A stretch of DNA of 64,000 nt, from positions 2,838 to 66,837 of the forward strand of contig CAJMRI010000010.1 of the NCBI GenBank assembly GCA_905215905.1, written 5' to 3'. The notes below the pieces were generated by a model. It had not been told where the DNA came from, ran no database searches, and saw only the letters and a program-made list of their open reading frames with translations. Of the stretch, positions 28,718 through 39,038 are shown in pieces (position 1 is the first letter of the stretch; the number at the start of each line of letters is the position of its first letter). This DNA comes from an uncultured bacterium. Lineage in GTDB: Bacteria; Actinomycetota; Coriobacteriia; Coriobacteriales; Coriobacteriaceae. A program made the translations under genes and the position numbers.

Positions 28718-29596
28718 CTATTGCATATCGAGCACCATGGCATAGACATCGCGCTTGCGGCGCGAATACTTCTGAGACAGGCGCTTGGCCACCGCAGAGG
28801 CGGGCTCCCCCTCCTCGAGCGCGGTGCGGATATCCTCGCGCAGGGCCTCGTCGGGATCCGCTACCGCAGCGCCAACCGGCGCGATGCCGGCCTCCTCGTC
28901 CTCGCTCGGCGGCGCGATGACCAGCGCAATCTCGCCCTTTACCTCGCCGCGAGCACGCAGCTCCTCGGCAAGCTGGTCAGCGGGCCCGCGCAAGACCTCC
29001 TCGTGCAGCTTGGTGAGTTCGCGGCAGACGGCGACCTCACGCTGGGGAAAGACCTCCGCCACGGCCTCGAGCGTCGCCACGATGCGATGTGGAGACTCGT
29101 AGAAGATGAGTGCGCCAGGCACCACGGCAAGGCGCTGCAAACGGCGCACACGGTCGCCGTGCTTTCGGCCCAAAAAGCCCTCGAAGAAAAAATGCTCGCA
29201 GGGAATGCCGGACGAAACGAGCGCCGTGACGCAAGCAGAGGGCCCGGGAATAACTTCGACGGGCACATCGGCCTCACGCGCCGCCTCGACCAGCGCCTGG
29301 CCGGGATCGGACACGCTCGGCATGCCGGCGTCCGAGGCAAAGGCGAGGGTCTCCCCCGCCAGCAGACGGTCGACCAGGCCGGCAGCGCGGCTAGCGATCA
29401 CATTCTCGTCGCAACGGACAAGCGGCTTGGAAATGCCCAGGTGCATCAGCAGCTTTGACGTCACACGCGTGTCTTCGCAGCAAATGGCATCGGCGGCGGC
29501 AAAAGCCTCGCCAACGCGCGGGGACAGGTCGCCTAGGTTGCCGATGGGCGTGCCGACCACATAGAGTTTGCCCGTATGGGCGCTGTTTTGCGTCAT
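28718..29596 (-). CDS. rsmI: 16S rRNA C1402 2'-O-methyltransferase
   Basis: GTPIGNLGD, CEDTR, SDAGMPSVSDPG, YESPHR, RELTKLHEE. Confidence 0.97.
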   Translation of the reverse strand: MTQNSAHTGKLYVVGTPIGNLGDLSPRVGEAFAAADAICCEDTRVTSKLLMHLGISKPLVRCDENVIASRAAGLVDRLLAGETLAFASDAGMPSVSDPGQALVEAAREADVPVEVIPGPSACVTALVSSGIPCEHFFFEGFLGRKHGDRVRRLQRLAVVPGALIFYESPHRIVATLEAVAEVFPQREVAVCRELTKLHEEVLRGPADQLAEELRARGEVKGEIALVIAPPSEDEEAGIAPVGAAVADPDEALREDIRTALEEGEPASAVAKRLSQKYSRRKRDVYAMVLDMQ

Positions 29597-29602
29597 ATCA
29601 AC

Positions 29603-30664
29603 CTATTCAATCATGCCGCGCTCGAGCGTACCGAGCGCCGCGCGGGCGTCCCATGCTGCAATGCGCTTCTCGGTCTTCCACGTTTGGAAGAACCAACCGG
29701 CAGCCGGCGCAAACGAAGCCAGCTGGTTGGCGATAAACACGCGCTCGTAGGCATTGCGGCCCTCGGGCGTAACCGACGAGTTGGCAAAGATCGCCGCACC
29801 CGACCATTCGCCCACCAGCACGGGGAACCCAGTCGAAATCGCCTCTTTGAGCTCGCGCTTGTTGCGCGAAATCGCCGTCGTCAGCCCGCGGGGGCTCGTG
29901 ATGTCGAGCGCATATTCGTCACGGTAATGGTACAGGTGAAGGTCCATGTAGACGTTCTTGTACTTGGCACCGCGCATAAAGTGCTTCCACTCGCCAGGGT
30001 GTCCCGAAGAGGAAAAGACGACAATCTTGTCCTCGGGCATATACGAACGAACGAGCTCGTACGCATCACGATAGAAGTTGCGCAGGTAGTGCGCCGGAAT
30101 GCCGTCCGTCACGGTAAAGAGGCTCTTGCGTACACTCATCTGCGGCGTATCCAACAGCTCGATGCCCAGCAGGCTCTCGGCCTCACCATAGCGATCGGCC
30201 AGGCGCTCGAGTACATCGAGCGCAACGTGACGGCCATTGGTGGACGAATGCCACTCAGCGACGACTTCCGGCGTCGTGGGCGAATCGTTGGAATCGCCCT
30301 GACCGCCGGGTACAGTCGCCAGATCGAGCAGTACGCGGATGTTGTACTTGGCGGCCCACTCAATAGCACGGTCGATATAATCGACGACCGAGATATAGGA
30401 AGCGTCGGACTCCTGCGAGCCAAAGGCATACCACGGCACCGGCAGGCGCACGGCGTTGAGACCGATCTGCGCCATACGACGAAAATCGTCCTCGCTCACA
30501 AACGTCTCGTAATGGCGACGCATGCGCTCGTTATAGGCAGCGGTGCCCATGGCCTCCTGCAGCTCGGCTGCATTGGATGCTCCGGTCGCTGCATAGAGCG
30601 ACGGGGTCACCCAGGGCTCGGGAATAAACCAGCCAGAGAGATTAACGCCGAGAATCCTCTCCAT
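29603..30664 (-). CDS. GH5-like glycoside hydrolase homologue (exo-beta-1,3-glucanase type) with a degenerate acid/base motif
   Basis: GVNLSGWFIPEPWVTPSL, GLNAVRLPVPW, DLHLY, VGEWS, GWFFQTWK; the expected NEP reads DTP. Confidence 0.85.
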   Translation of the reverse strand: MERILGVNLSGWFIPEPWVTPSLYAATGASNAAELQEAMGTAAYNERMRRHYETFVSEDDFRRMAQIGLNAVRLPVPWYAFGSQESDASYISVVDYIDRAIEWAAKYNIRVLLDLATVPGGQGDSNDSPTTPEVVAEWHSSTNGRHVALDVLERLADRYGEAESLLGIELLDTPQMSVRKSLFTVTDGIPAHYLRNFYRDAYELVRSYMPEDKIVVFSSSGHPGEWKHFMRGAKYKNVYMDLHLYHYRDEYALDITSPRGLTTAISRNKRELKEAISTGFPVLVGEWSGAAIFANSSVTPEGRNAYERVFIANQLASFAPAAGWFFQTWKTEKRIAAWDARAALGTLERGMIE

Positions 30665-30945
30665 CACGGCCCCCTTCAAATCGCGCAGGTCGAACCTGCA
30701 TCGTATTGCATAGGAAAAGTATCGTTTTGAGTATACCCGCGCGTGCGGACAGGCGACCGAACGGTCTACAAAGTGGCGCAAAAGTGGGAGGAATGTCCGG
30801 GCAGGCGGAACCCGAGATGTACACGTGCGTCGGAAGCAGGCGGCCGGAAAGCGTGCCCCGTTTTTTCGCAAAAGACTGGGATGCATTTTCCGCAGAGCCA
30901 TGCATAAAAGAAAAGGACCCCTTTGCAGGGGTCCTAGTCAATTCA

Positions 30946-31021
<76 letters not shown>

Positions 31022-31144
31022 ATTTGAGGTGTGCCTTGTTTCAAGGCTTGATTAGTATAACCAAGGACGCGTTCCGGTCAACCGAGAATTTTAAAAAAGT
31101 TTTTGAGCACAGCCTCGGTTCTATAAATCGGCACGTCAGAGGCA

Positions 31145-31432
31145 TCAGCCGGCAGCAAGAAGTTTTTCGCTCAGAGCCGCACGGGCAAACTCACTTGGCG
31201 TCATCCCCTCGGCAGCCGCCCGTCGACGAATGGCCTCCTTCATTCCCAGAGGAATCTTGACCGACAGCGTTGCCGTCCCCTCACCTGAGAGTGGGGGCCG
31301 TCCATGCACGATCCCACCAACGGTGTGTTCGCCATCCGGAAACTCTCCGCGCTCGTACGACTCGCACCACGCGTCAATCATTTCATCCGTTACAACCTGA
31401 CCATTAGCGGCCGTATACGTCTTGCCCATCAT
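31145..31432 (-). CDS. Ribbon-helix-helix (CopG-like) protein, putative antitoxin
   Basis: GRPPL....TATLSVKIP..MKEAIRRRAAAEGMTPSEFARAAL is an RHH signature. Confidence 0.8.
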   Translation of the reverse strand: MMGKTYTAANGQVVTDEMIDAWCESYERGEFPDGEHTVGGIVHGRPPLSGEGTATLSVKIPLGMKEAIRRRAAAEGMTPSEFARAALSEKLLAAG

Positions 31433-31694
31433 CGACCCCTTTGCCGAGCCCGTTCAATCTCCTGCCAAAATTTCTTCTGGACTGGAGACAAGGCATGAAT
31501 GATAAGCCCCCACGGACAAGCTCGACCGCGACAAGCTCCACGCTTCGTCCGTCTGGGAGCCATCCAATCGCAAGCCATCTCGGCGGCTCGTCCTTCGGCT
31601 CGCGACGAATGCACTCAGTAACCGCAAGCCAAGCGCTAAGCACCTGCTTTTCCGTCAGGTGCTTTTTAGCGTTGGGATGGATCTCAACATCCAT
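31429..31694 (-). pseudogene. Putative toxin gene (HP.A.KH / IIHA type), split by a frameshift at a G5 run
   Basis: RBS GGAGGAG; MDVEIHPNAKKH...GRSVELVAVELVRG continues in another frame as LIIHALSPVQKKFWQEIERARQRGR*, whose stop overlaps the RHH start (ATGA). Confidence 0.7.
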
Positions 31695-31752
31695 GCATCT
31701 TCTCCTCCATCTTACCCAATTTCGTATGACGAAAGTCCGCTGTCGCCAATTC

Positions 31753-32112
31753 TTAAGCCGGCACGCGTTGGAGAGCAGGGGTCGAAACAATGATTGAAGG
31801 ACGCTCTAGTACGGCCCAGGCGCCGGGGCAGGAGCACATACGCCAGGGACGTACGTTTTCGTAGCATACGAGGACATAGCCACGTGCATCGATAAAGGCG
31901 ATATCGATGGGATAGGCCATAAAACACGTATGGACCGAAGAGCAGCGTGGAAATGCCATGACGAGCGGCAGACCGTTGGCGGCAACCGGACACCGTCCCA
32001 GCATGCCGCGCAGGCGCACGGCAAACGACTCCGCCACCGCAAACTCGGCCGGCGTCCAGCCCAGCCTATTGAGTGCCCGCGCGTAGGCGATGTAGGACGA
32101 GACCGCGGTCAC
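31753..32112 (-). CDS. DUF192 family protein
   Basis: A.SF..RLRGMLGR, CSSVHTCFMAYPIDIAFID, VLE; GTG overlaps the upstream stop. Confidence 0.85.
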   Translation of the reverse strand: MTAVSSYIAYARALNRLGWTPAEFAVAESFAVRLRGMLGRCPVAANGLPLVMAFPRCSSVHTCFMAYPIDIAFIDARGYVLVCYENVRPWRMCSCPGAWAVLERPSIIVSTPALQRVPA

Positions 32113-32585
32113 ATGACCACCCCCGGACGCCATGGATCGACCGTCACCGCGCGCTCGTGCGACAACGTTGTCGGCGCCCCCAGCGGAACGCCAGCGATGC
32201 TGAGAGAAGTCGGCCACGGCTCATAGTGCATGGTGCAGGTGTAGGTCCTAAACGTACCGGATAGGGAGAGCAGGCCACCATCCGATGCCTCCGCGCCTTG
32301 CTCGCTCGACACTTCGATCTGCAAGCCATAGCCTTCCATGGCATTCAGAATTTGAGTCTGAACCGTCGCCGAGGCATCGGCAGAGCTTTCGTCGCCCTCC
32401 CCCTCCGACGCCACGGCGTGCGCCAACACGATGTCGGGCACCACGCGGTCGAAGCGCGCGACAGCGCTGGCAAAGATCATGACGTTGTACACGATGAGTG
32501 CCAGCACCAGCAAAACGGGCGTAACCACTGCCATCTCCACCGTCGCTTGGGCGCGCTCCTCGCGCAGACGCATGCGGATACTCAT
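32109..32585 (-). CDS. TadE-like pseudopilin
   Basis: RAQATVEMAVVTPVLL N-terminal motif plus TM. Confidence 0.8.
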   Translation of the reverse strand: MSIRMRLREERAQATVEMAVVTPVLLVLALIVYNVMIFASAVARFDRVVPDIVLAHAVASEGEGDESSADASATVQTQILNAMEGYGLQIEVSSEQGAEASDGGLLSLSGTFRTYTCTMHYEPWPTSLSIAGVPLGAPTTLSHERAVTVDPWRPGVVM

Positions 32586-34738
32586 TACGACCCACCGCCC
32601 AGAGCGCCAACCAGCGTGGCGACATCGACGGTGAGCGGGATGGAGCCGCCGCCGGGCAGAGGAATCTCCGCAAGCGTGAACACCGTGCCGCTAATGGTGC
32701 GTTCGACTTGATATTCCAACGCCTCGCAAAGCGCCTTGGGATCGGTCACGCCCAACGGAATACTTCGCAGCTTGTCTTGCGCTTGAGAGAAACCAGCAAT
32801 GTCAGACCCCGGACTCTTAATGACGTTGGCGGAATCGGTCAGCACCGGCTTTCGCAGGCGCAAGTCGCACGGCTCCAGACCCAACGCCGCCACGGACGCC
32901 GAAACGGTATCGCCGAGCCACGATGCGATGGAGCCCAACGCGCCGCTGCCCCCTCCTAGGCCTTTAATCATCTCGTCCATAAGTTCGTCGGCCGAACCTT
33001 GGATGTCTCCGTATCCCACAAGCAGCCGTCCCCAGACATCCATGACGCCATCGAGTACGCCGGCAACGCCACCCGAGCGTTCCTTCAATGTCGAGAAAAA
33101 TCGCGAAAGCACGTTGTTTTGCGCCGTCGCCCCATCGGGCGCCAGCACCGCGGCAGAGATGGCACCGCGATCGCCAAGCCTGACTGCCGTGTTAAACGAA
33201 GAGTTGAGCTCATCGGGGCTCGAGATGGCACCCGAAACCGCAAAGGCAACCACGCCGTTGCGACCGGGCGGAGCGATACGCGGACGCTCACCGGAAAGTT
33301 CTTTGATGGCGGTATCGAACGCATTGCCCGCACGGTCGGCTTCGTCCTCGGTCTGACGCTCGAGCTCGAGCTCCTTGTTGCGACAGTCGACGTAGTCCTC
33401 CAGGGCGTCTTTAAACTTGTCAAAGTGATACTCGAAGCCGTTTTCGATAGAGGTTGAAGGCGCCGCAACAGCACCAAGCGACAAAACGCCAAAATGGCAT
33501 TTGCTGCATTTATCCTGTCCATCGTAATCGGCAACCGAAGCAAATCCGCTCGGCGTCCCTTTCTTATAGTTGGGGCAGGTCGTCCCGTAATGCAGATACG
33601 CCTTGTCATCGTTTACGCTAGTCGGCCACACCGCATCGGTATAGAGTTCCGTCGCCCGAACCTCATCAGAGTTGCGCGGCAGCAGCGGAATATAGGAGGA
33701 AACCCTGTCTCCGTTCTCGGTTATATATGCCCGATCGACCTCCGCGTTCGCATAGGTATAAAACGCCTTACGCGCCGCAGACTCTGCCTTCATCTCGACA
33801 CTCGAGCCCTGGGGCTTCTCATTTGTCAGACGCCAATGGTAGTAGTCCTTCGCGCGATCAAGGGCAACTTGAGGCTCCCACGTAACGCTCGATGAGTAAT
33901 GCGGATTTTGAACACCGGAAAGATCCGTTAGGCTTTTTGCGCGCTCCCACATACAAGAACAGCTGCCGACCGAGCCCTTGTCAGACCCACCACAATCCGC
34001 CAGCCAAGCGCGCTCCTTTGCCTTCGCCGTCTCCTCCGAGGCCTTCCGCAGCTCCTCGGCCGCACGCTCTAAATCATCTGATGTGTCTTTAATGGTATCG
34101 GTCGAGATCTCTGACCCTTTGAGCGCAGCAAAGTCCGACTCGGATGTCCTGGGCACGGCAAGCGCCGTACCGGTATAGGTCACACTATCGGTATCCTGCG
34201 CCGACACCGCCTGCGTGGCACGCGCGGCGATCAGATACGGCAGAGCCGTCTCGATTTTCTGTAAGCCTTCCGATGCGCTTTTGGCAAACTTGTTGCGCGT
34301 TTTAATGATCTCGATCCCGGTGTCGACCATATTGCCGGCAACCGGCTCGGCACCCGGGATGAGGATGGCGACCAGGCCCGTCCCGATCGTGGCAAACCCC
34401 GCCAGCCCCAGACTCAAGATACTCGCATCAACCACCGTGGCAGCCGTGTGATAGGACGACACCACGTTGGCACCCGCCAGCGCGCCGCTATCGGCCGCCA
34501 CCTGGGTGTCCCCGGCACGCGACATGCTCCATATCGCCGCGGTCGACGAAAACAACAATGTGAGCACCACTAGGATGACCACGGCAGAAGAAAGCGTGGT
34601 ATAGGCGCCGTCTTCGATAAACAGATCGACACCGGCTCGACCCATAAAGCCGCCTCGCTTGCAATGGCAGCTCGGACGGCGCGTCAAAACGCGTCTAGAC
34701 CAGAAACGCTTAATCCCATGTAGCAATCCACGAATCAT
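32585..34738 (-). CDS. TadG-like pilus-associated large protein
   Basis: EDGAYTT+TM, TQVAADSGALAGA motif, coiled coils, Cys/His cluster; start uncertain (34738 has RBS GGAGGG). Confidence 0.75.
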   Translation of the reverse strand: MIRGLLHGIKRFWSRRVLTRRPSCHCKRGGFMGRAGVDLFIEDGAYTTLSSAVVILVVLTLLFSSTAAIWSMSRAGDTQVAADSGALAGANVVSSYHTAATVVDASILSLGLAGFATIGTGLVAILIPGAEPVAGNMVDTGIEIIKTRNKFAKSASEGLQKIETALPYLIAARATQAVSAQDTDSVTYTGTALAVPRTSESDFAALKGSEISTDTIKDTSDDLERAAEELRKASEETAKAKERAWLADCGGSDKGSVGSCSCMWERAKSLTDLSGVQNPHYSSSVTWEPQVALDRAKDYYHWRLTNEKPQGSSVEMKAESAARKAFYTYANAEVDRAYITENGDRVSSYIPLLPRNSDEVRATELYTDAVWPTSVNDDKAYLHYGTTCPNYKKGTPSGFASVADYDGQDKCSKCHFGVLSLGAVAAPSTSIENGFEYHFDKFKDALEDYVDCRNKELELERQTEDEADRAGNAFDTAIKELSGERPRIAPPGRNGVVAFAVSGAISSPDELNSSFNTAVRLGDRGAISAAVLAPDGATAQNNVLSRFFSTLKERSGGVAGVLDGVMDVWGRLLVGYGDIQGSADELMDEMIKGLGGGSGALGSIASWLGDTVSASVAALGLEPCDLRLRKPVLTDSANVIKSPGSDIAGFSQAQDKLRSIPLGVTDPKALCEALEYQVERTISGTVFTLAEIPLPGGGSIPLTVDVATLVGALGGGS

Positions 34739-35246
34739 AATCTCCCTCCAGCCATTCGGGACGCGATTGATACGAGACATCGACCTTGAGCTCAACGTAG
34801 CCGCCCTCGGCGGCACCACCCATAGCCTGCGCAAACGCACCGATCACGGGCAACGGCTTGACCTCGCCGGAAACGGACACGGACGAGACGCCACCCGCAC
34901 CGGCCCGGCCAAGCTCGATATCCCACGACAGCGGCCCGCCGGCATGAAAGATCGAAACGTTGGGCACTGCGGCAAGCCGGCGGCGGGTGAACTCCTTAAG
35001 ATCGTCGTCCTCCGCCGTCGTCGTGGTCATGAGCCGCGCGGTCTCGGCGGCGGCAGACTCCATGACCGCGCGCGTATAGAGCAGGCACACCGGCTGCAGT
35101 GCGAGAAGGATGAGCGTCAGAAACGTCGGCAGCAAAAAAGCGGCCTCGACCGTAGACTGCGCCCGGTCCTCGCACGCGATATCAATACAACGCGATGTCC
35201 TTAGCGCCCGCAGCGGCGTCGATAACCGACATCGAGGCAACGCCAT
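34710..35246 (-). CDS. TadE-like pseudopilin
   Basis: RAQSTVEAAFLLPTFL...AAAETAR; start codon uncertain. Confidence 0.75.
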   Translation of the reverse strand: MALPRCRLSTPLRALRTSRCIDIACEDRAQSTVEAAFLLPTFLTLILLALQPVCLLYTRAVMESAAAETARLMTTTTAEDDDLKEFTRRRLAAVPNVSIFHAGGPLSWDIELGRAGAGGVSSVSVSGEVKPLPVIGAFAQAMGGAAEGGYVELKVDVSYQSRPEWLEGDYDSWIATWD

Positions 35247-35400
35247 GGGATGCCGCCCGCTCGACCAGCGCCGCCAAGCGCCCATCGGTGCCAGCACGCC
35301 AAAGTCCCGCAATCGCCAGCACGATCGATAACAGCGCCACCGTGACGATGGCGTATTCCACAGTCGCTTGGGCAACCTCTTCACGCAGAACGCCATGCAT
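35182..35400 (-). CDS. Small Flp/TadE-like pilin
   Basis: VAQATVEYAIV plus hydrophobic helix; RBS AAGGAGG. Confidence 0.75.
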   Translation of the reverse strand: MHGVLREEVAQATVEYAIVTVALLSIVLAIAGLWRAGTDGRLAALVERAASHGVASMSVIDAAAGAKDIALY

Positions 35401-35401
35401 T

Positions 35402-35965
35402 TCACGATCCCTCCTTTGAGTTTATTGTTTGCGGGACCAGGCGCACGGCGCGCAGACGACACGAAGCATCGCCAGTATCCGCGGCAACCGTCACCATATC
35501 GACCCAGCCGCGTCCGTCGCGCACGATGGCGCCCCACACGTTGCCCTTGATATCGAGATAGCCGCTCAGAGCAAGTTGTGCCGTGGGTACCTCGCGATAG
35601 GCACGCAGCATATCCGCTGCCGCTTCGGTCATCGGTCGGTCCTCGGACCATGCAAGCCGGACCGCAATCGCGTTGCCCTCAGGCGAATCCGTCGCAGTGC
35701 CAGACCGCTTGTCGAGCGCCCGCAGAAAGGTTTGCGCCGTGACAGCGACATCCGAATCGTCCGCATCTCGCATCTCATCTTTTTGAGACGCCACCGCCGA
35801 ATCTGAGCCCAAATCGGAGGCGGTCCCAGGACGCTGCTGCCGCGCGGCGTTAAGCCCCCAAAGCACCACCGCTATCGCCACGGTCAGGCAAGCAAACACC
35901 AGCAGCACCCCGATGGGGCGCTCGCCCTCTACAGGCTGTTGATGCCCTCGCTGATAGCGTTCCAT
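35402..35965 (-). CDS. Hypothetical membrane-anchored protein in the Tad locus
   Basis: Single N-terminal TM; fills the operon gap; start uncertain. Confidence 0.65.
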   Translation of the reverse strand: MERYQRGHQQPVEGERPIGVLLVFACLTVAIAVVLWGLNAARQQRPGTASDLGSDSAVASQKDEMRDADDSDVAVTAQTFLRALDKRSGTATDSPEGNAIAVRLAWSEDRPMTEAAADMLRAYREVPTAQLALSGYLDIKGNVWGAIVRDGRGWVDMVTVAADTGDASCRLRAVRLVPQTINSKEGS

Positions 35966-36162
35966 AGATCTTGGACCTTGCCCTTAAATGCGACGATGGC
36001 GATGATCGCGATCACCACGAGCACGCCCACTAAAATGGCGTACTCGGTGGTACCCTGCGCGCTCTCCTCCTGCAACAGCTCCTTGGCATGCTGGCGAGTG
36101 TGAATCGCCCGGCAAAAAGCCCAGCTCCAAGCCTTGTCAGCAACTTCGACCATCGTGTTCAT
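35929..36162 (-). CDS. flp: Flp family type IV pilin
   Basis: SAQGTTEYAILVGVLVVIAIIAI Flp motif; RBS GGAGG. Confidence 0.9.
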   Translation of the reverse strand: MNTMVEVADKAWSWAFCRAIHTRQHAKELLQEESAQGTTEYAILVGVLVVIAIIAIVAFKGKVQDLWNAISEGINSL

Positions 36163-36172
36163 GTATTCCTCC

Positions 36173-36814
36173 CTACATCATCCCGCCTGCTCCCAGCAGC
36201 GGGCCCAATATGGACAGAAGCAACGCCGGCAAGATGAGCGTGCCGGTGGGAATCAGCAGCTTGACGGGCGCACGCTCGATCTCGCGCTCGACCGCGGCGC
36301 GATGAGCCGCACGGATCTCGCGACTTTGAGCGGCCAGCGTCTCGGCAAGTGGGGCACCCAGGGCGAGCGCCTGCCCCACCGTGATGGCAAAGGTCTCGAG
36401 CGCTCGCACGTCCAGGTCGCGCGCGGCGGCCAACAACTCGTCCTCACGCGTGCCCACGCCCACCTGCCACGCCATGCAGGCGCGCTCAAGGCGAAGAGCC
36501 AGCACTGACCGGCGGTTGGCGCAGAAAATCTCAAGCGCCGCATCAAACGAAAGACCGGCCGAAAGACCCAAGCGCACAACATCGATCATCTCGGACACTT
36601 CGCCGAGCGACACTCGCGCCGGGCCGCCCGCTCCAACCGCGCCCTTCACTCGCGCGGTCAGAGCATCGACCACCGAGCGACCCGCGGCAGCGACCAGCAC
36701 CGCCTCGCGCTTGCAGGCCCCTGCGATCTTGCGTGCATCCGCCCGATCCAAACCCGTCGCGACAAATACACTCAGGGCGCACAGGCAAGCCGCAACTGCA
36801 ACCGGGGCGCTCAT
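36173..36814 (-). CDS. tadC: TadC-like T2SS-F platform protein
   Basis: AGLSFDAAL, GAPLAETL, APVKLLIP..LILPA. Confidence 0.87.
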   Translation of the reverse strand: MSAPVAVAACLCALSVFVATGLDRADARKIAGACKREAVLVAAAGRSVVDALTARVKGAVGAGGPARVSLGEVSEMIDVVRLGLSAGLSFDAALEIFCANRRSVLALRLERACMAWQVGVGTREDELLAAARDLDVRALETFAITVGQALALGAPLAETLAAQSREIRAAHRAAVEREIERAPVKLLIPTGTLILPALLLSILGPLLGAGGMM

Positions 36815-37737
36815 AGCTCCACCCGCATAATGCGCCGGATAACCACCAGGGCAACGGCGTTGAGGGCAAGACCCAGCACCACAGCGCCCGCGCCGGCGGG
36901 CGTCGCAAGACCGCGACGAAAATCTGCCGAAAGCAGCGCCAACACCGCGCACATGCCCGCCGGCATCGCCGCGACCATATGCGCAGACATGCGAGCCTGC
37001 GACGTCTTAACATCCAGGCGGCGCTTGAGCTCAATGCGCTCCCCCACCATGCTCGACGCCTCGGACAGTAAGTCGGCAAGCGGAGCGCCGGTGCGCTGAG
37101 ACACCTTAAGCGCCAAGGTCACAAGCGAAAGACCGGGGGCGTCGATACGCACGAGCAAGTCATCGAGCGCGTCGGTCGCCGAGATGCCGCAATCGATCGC
37201 CGCCGCCACCCGCAAAAACTCGGTATGCACTGGCTCTTGCGCATGAGCGCCCACAAAGCGCATGCCCTGGGCCAGCGAATGTCCCGAGGCAAGCGACATG
37301 GAAAGTGCGGTAAACGCCTCGGGCATTGCCTCTTCTGCATCGTGTTGCTCGCGCCGGCTCTCAAAGCCATCCCGAGCGGCACCAACGGCAAACGGAGCAA
37401 CAAGTCCCAAGGCAAATCCGAGGGGCGATAACGACACCATCGTTAGTAAAACGCAGCAGACACCGCTCGATAGCAGCAGAAACGCCAAACGTCCCGAAGC
37501 ATCTTCGATCACGAGGCCAAGGCGATGCGCCGGAGCCAGCGATGCCCACGAACGGGCGATCTTTTTCAGCAGATCGTTTTCCACCAGCTCACGCGGCAGC
37601 TTCTCTGCCACCGTCTCGAGCGCCTGACGTGCCAGCTCCGCCGGCGGTACCTGCGGCACACGAGGTTCCGCCCCGCACGCCGTCGCGACAGAAAGCCCTG
37701 CCAAGCCCCCTACGACGAGGGGCACAGTGATCTCCAT
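36811..37737 (-). CDS. tadB: TadB-like T2SS-F platform protein
   Basis: MPEAF..LSMSLASGHSL, TGAPLADLL, TSQARMSA. Confidence 0.87.
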   Translation of the reverse strand: MEITVPLVVGGLAGLSVATACGAEPRVPQVPPAELARQALETVAEKLPRELVENDLLKKIARSWASLAPAHRLGLVIEDASGRLAFLLLSSGVCCVLLTMVSLSPLGFALGLVAPFAVGAARDGFESRREQHDAEEAMPEAFTALSMSLASGHSLAQGMRFVGAHAQEPVHTEFLRVAAAIDCGISATDALDDLLVRIDAPGLSLVTLALKVSQRTGAPLADLLSEASSMVGERIELKRRLDVKTSQARMSAHMVAAMPAGMCAVLALLSADFRRGLATPAGAGAVVLGLALNAVALVVIRRIMRVEL

Positions 37738-39038
37738 TCGTCCACCTCCTCTTGTGTGAGCGTCCCCGACCGCAGGCCTTCTGCGATAAACGGCGGCTCG
37801 CGGTCAAGCGTCCAGGTGCGCTCGGCGGCATCGAACGTCACATAGCGCTCGAGCTCTACGCCGCCCGATGCGGCGCGTCGCACCCCCGAATACGAGGAGA
37901 CGAAGCGCCTGCCATCGGCGTGGCGCTCGGACATCACGATACCGTCGAGTGCCATGGCAATCTGCTCCTCGATGAGCTCGCTCGGCAGATCGATGCCATA
38001 ACGTGCAAGCAACGTCAGACGCACCACGGTCTCCTGTTCTGAACCCGCATGAAGCGTGGTGAGCGACCCGTCGTGGCCCGTGTTCATGGCCTGCAACATG
38101 TCGCAGCACTCGGCACCGCGCACCTCGCCCACCACGATGCGGTCGGGGCGCATGCGCAGGGCATTAGTCACCAGGTCGCGGATCGTCACCGCGCCCTCGC
38201 CCTCAATTGAAGCCTCGCGCGCCTCTAGGCGCACCACGTGCGGATGATGCGCAAACTTGAGCTCGGCAGAGTCCTCGATCGTCACGATGCGCTCGCCGGT
38301 GGAAATCTCACATGACAACGCGTTGAGCAGGGTGGTCTTACCAGATCCCGTGCCTCCCGCAACCGCCAGGTCCTGTCGCAGCGACACCGCACACGACAGC
38401 AGCTGCGCATACCAAAGCGGCAGCGATCCCAACCCCACGAGCTCGTCCAGCGAGCAGATACGGTCCGAGAACTTTCGGATGGTGAGAATCGGTCCGTCAA
38501 TCGCCACAGGCGGAATCACCGCGTTGACGCGATAGCCCGTTTTGAGGCGGGCGTTGACGATGGGGCTGCGCTCGTCGATACGGCGGCCAAGTGGCGAGAT
38601 AATGCGGTCGATAAGCACACGGATCTGCTCATCATCCTCAAACGCATGCTCGATGGGGTACAAGACGCCGCCGCGTTCAAAGAAAGCCGAGCGGCAGCCG
38701 TTGATCATGATCTCGGTAACGGTGTCGTCCTCGATGAGCGGCTGCAACGGCCCCAAGCCCACCACGTCATCCAAAATCTCGTCGATGATGGTCTCGCGCT
38801 CGGGCGTCGCGAGATCGGTCGGCTCCTCAACATTGAGCGCCGCCTCCACCGCAGGACGCAATTCCGAGCGGGCAAGTGCCGGGTCGATATAGGCGCTGAT
38901 ACGCGCCACTTCGTCGTAACCCATGCGGTCCATCACGGCGCGCTTGGTGCGTCGTTTCACGGCGCGGCGACGCCCCACATCTACAGGCGCTGCCGCCGCC
39001 GCAGCGCCGGCAGCCTTAATCCTCGTTTGCAGGCTCAT
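37710..39038 (-). CDS. tadA: CpaF/TadA pilus assembly ATPase
   Basis: [55 protein letters not shown]. Confidence 0.96.
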   Translation of the reverse strand: MSLQTRIKAAGAAAAAAPVDVGRRRAVKRRTKRAVMDRMGYDEVARISAYIDPALARSELRPAVEAALNVEEPTDLATPERETIIDEILDDVVGLGPLQPLIEDDTVTEIMINGCRSAFFERGGVLYPIEHAFEDDEQIRVLIDRIISPLGRRIDERSPIVNARLKTGYRVNAVIPPVAIDGPILTIRKFSDRICSLDELVGLGSLPLWYAQLLSCAVSLRQDLAVAGGTGSGKTTLLNALSCEISTGERIVTIEDSAELKFAHHPHVVRLEAREASIEGEGAVTIRDLVTNALRMRPDRIVVGEVRGAECCDMLQAMNTGHDGSLTTLHAGSEQETVVRLTLLARYGIDLPSELIEEQIAMALDGIVMSERHADGRRFVSSYSGVRRAASGGVELERYVTFDAAERTWTLDREPPFIAEGLRSGTLTQEEVDEWRSLCPSS

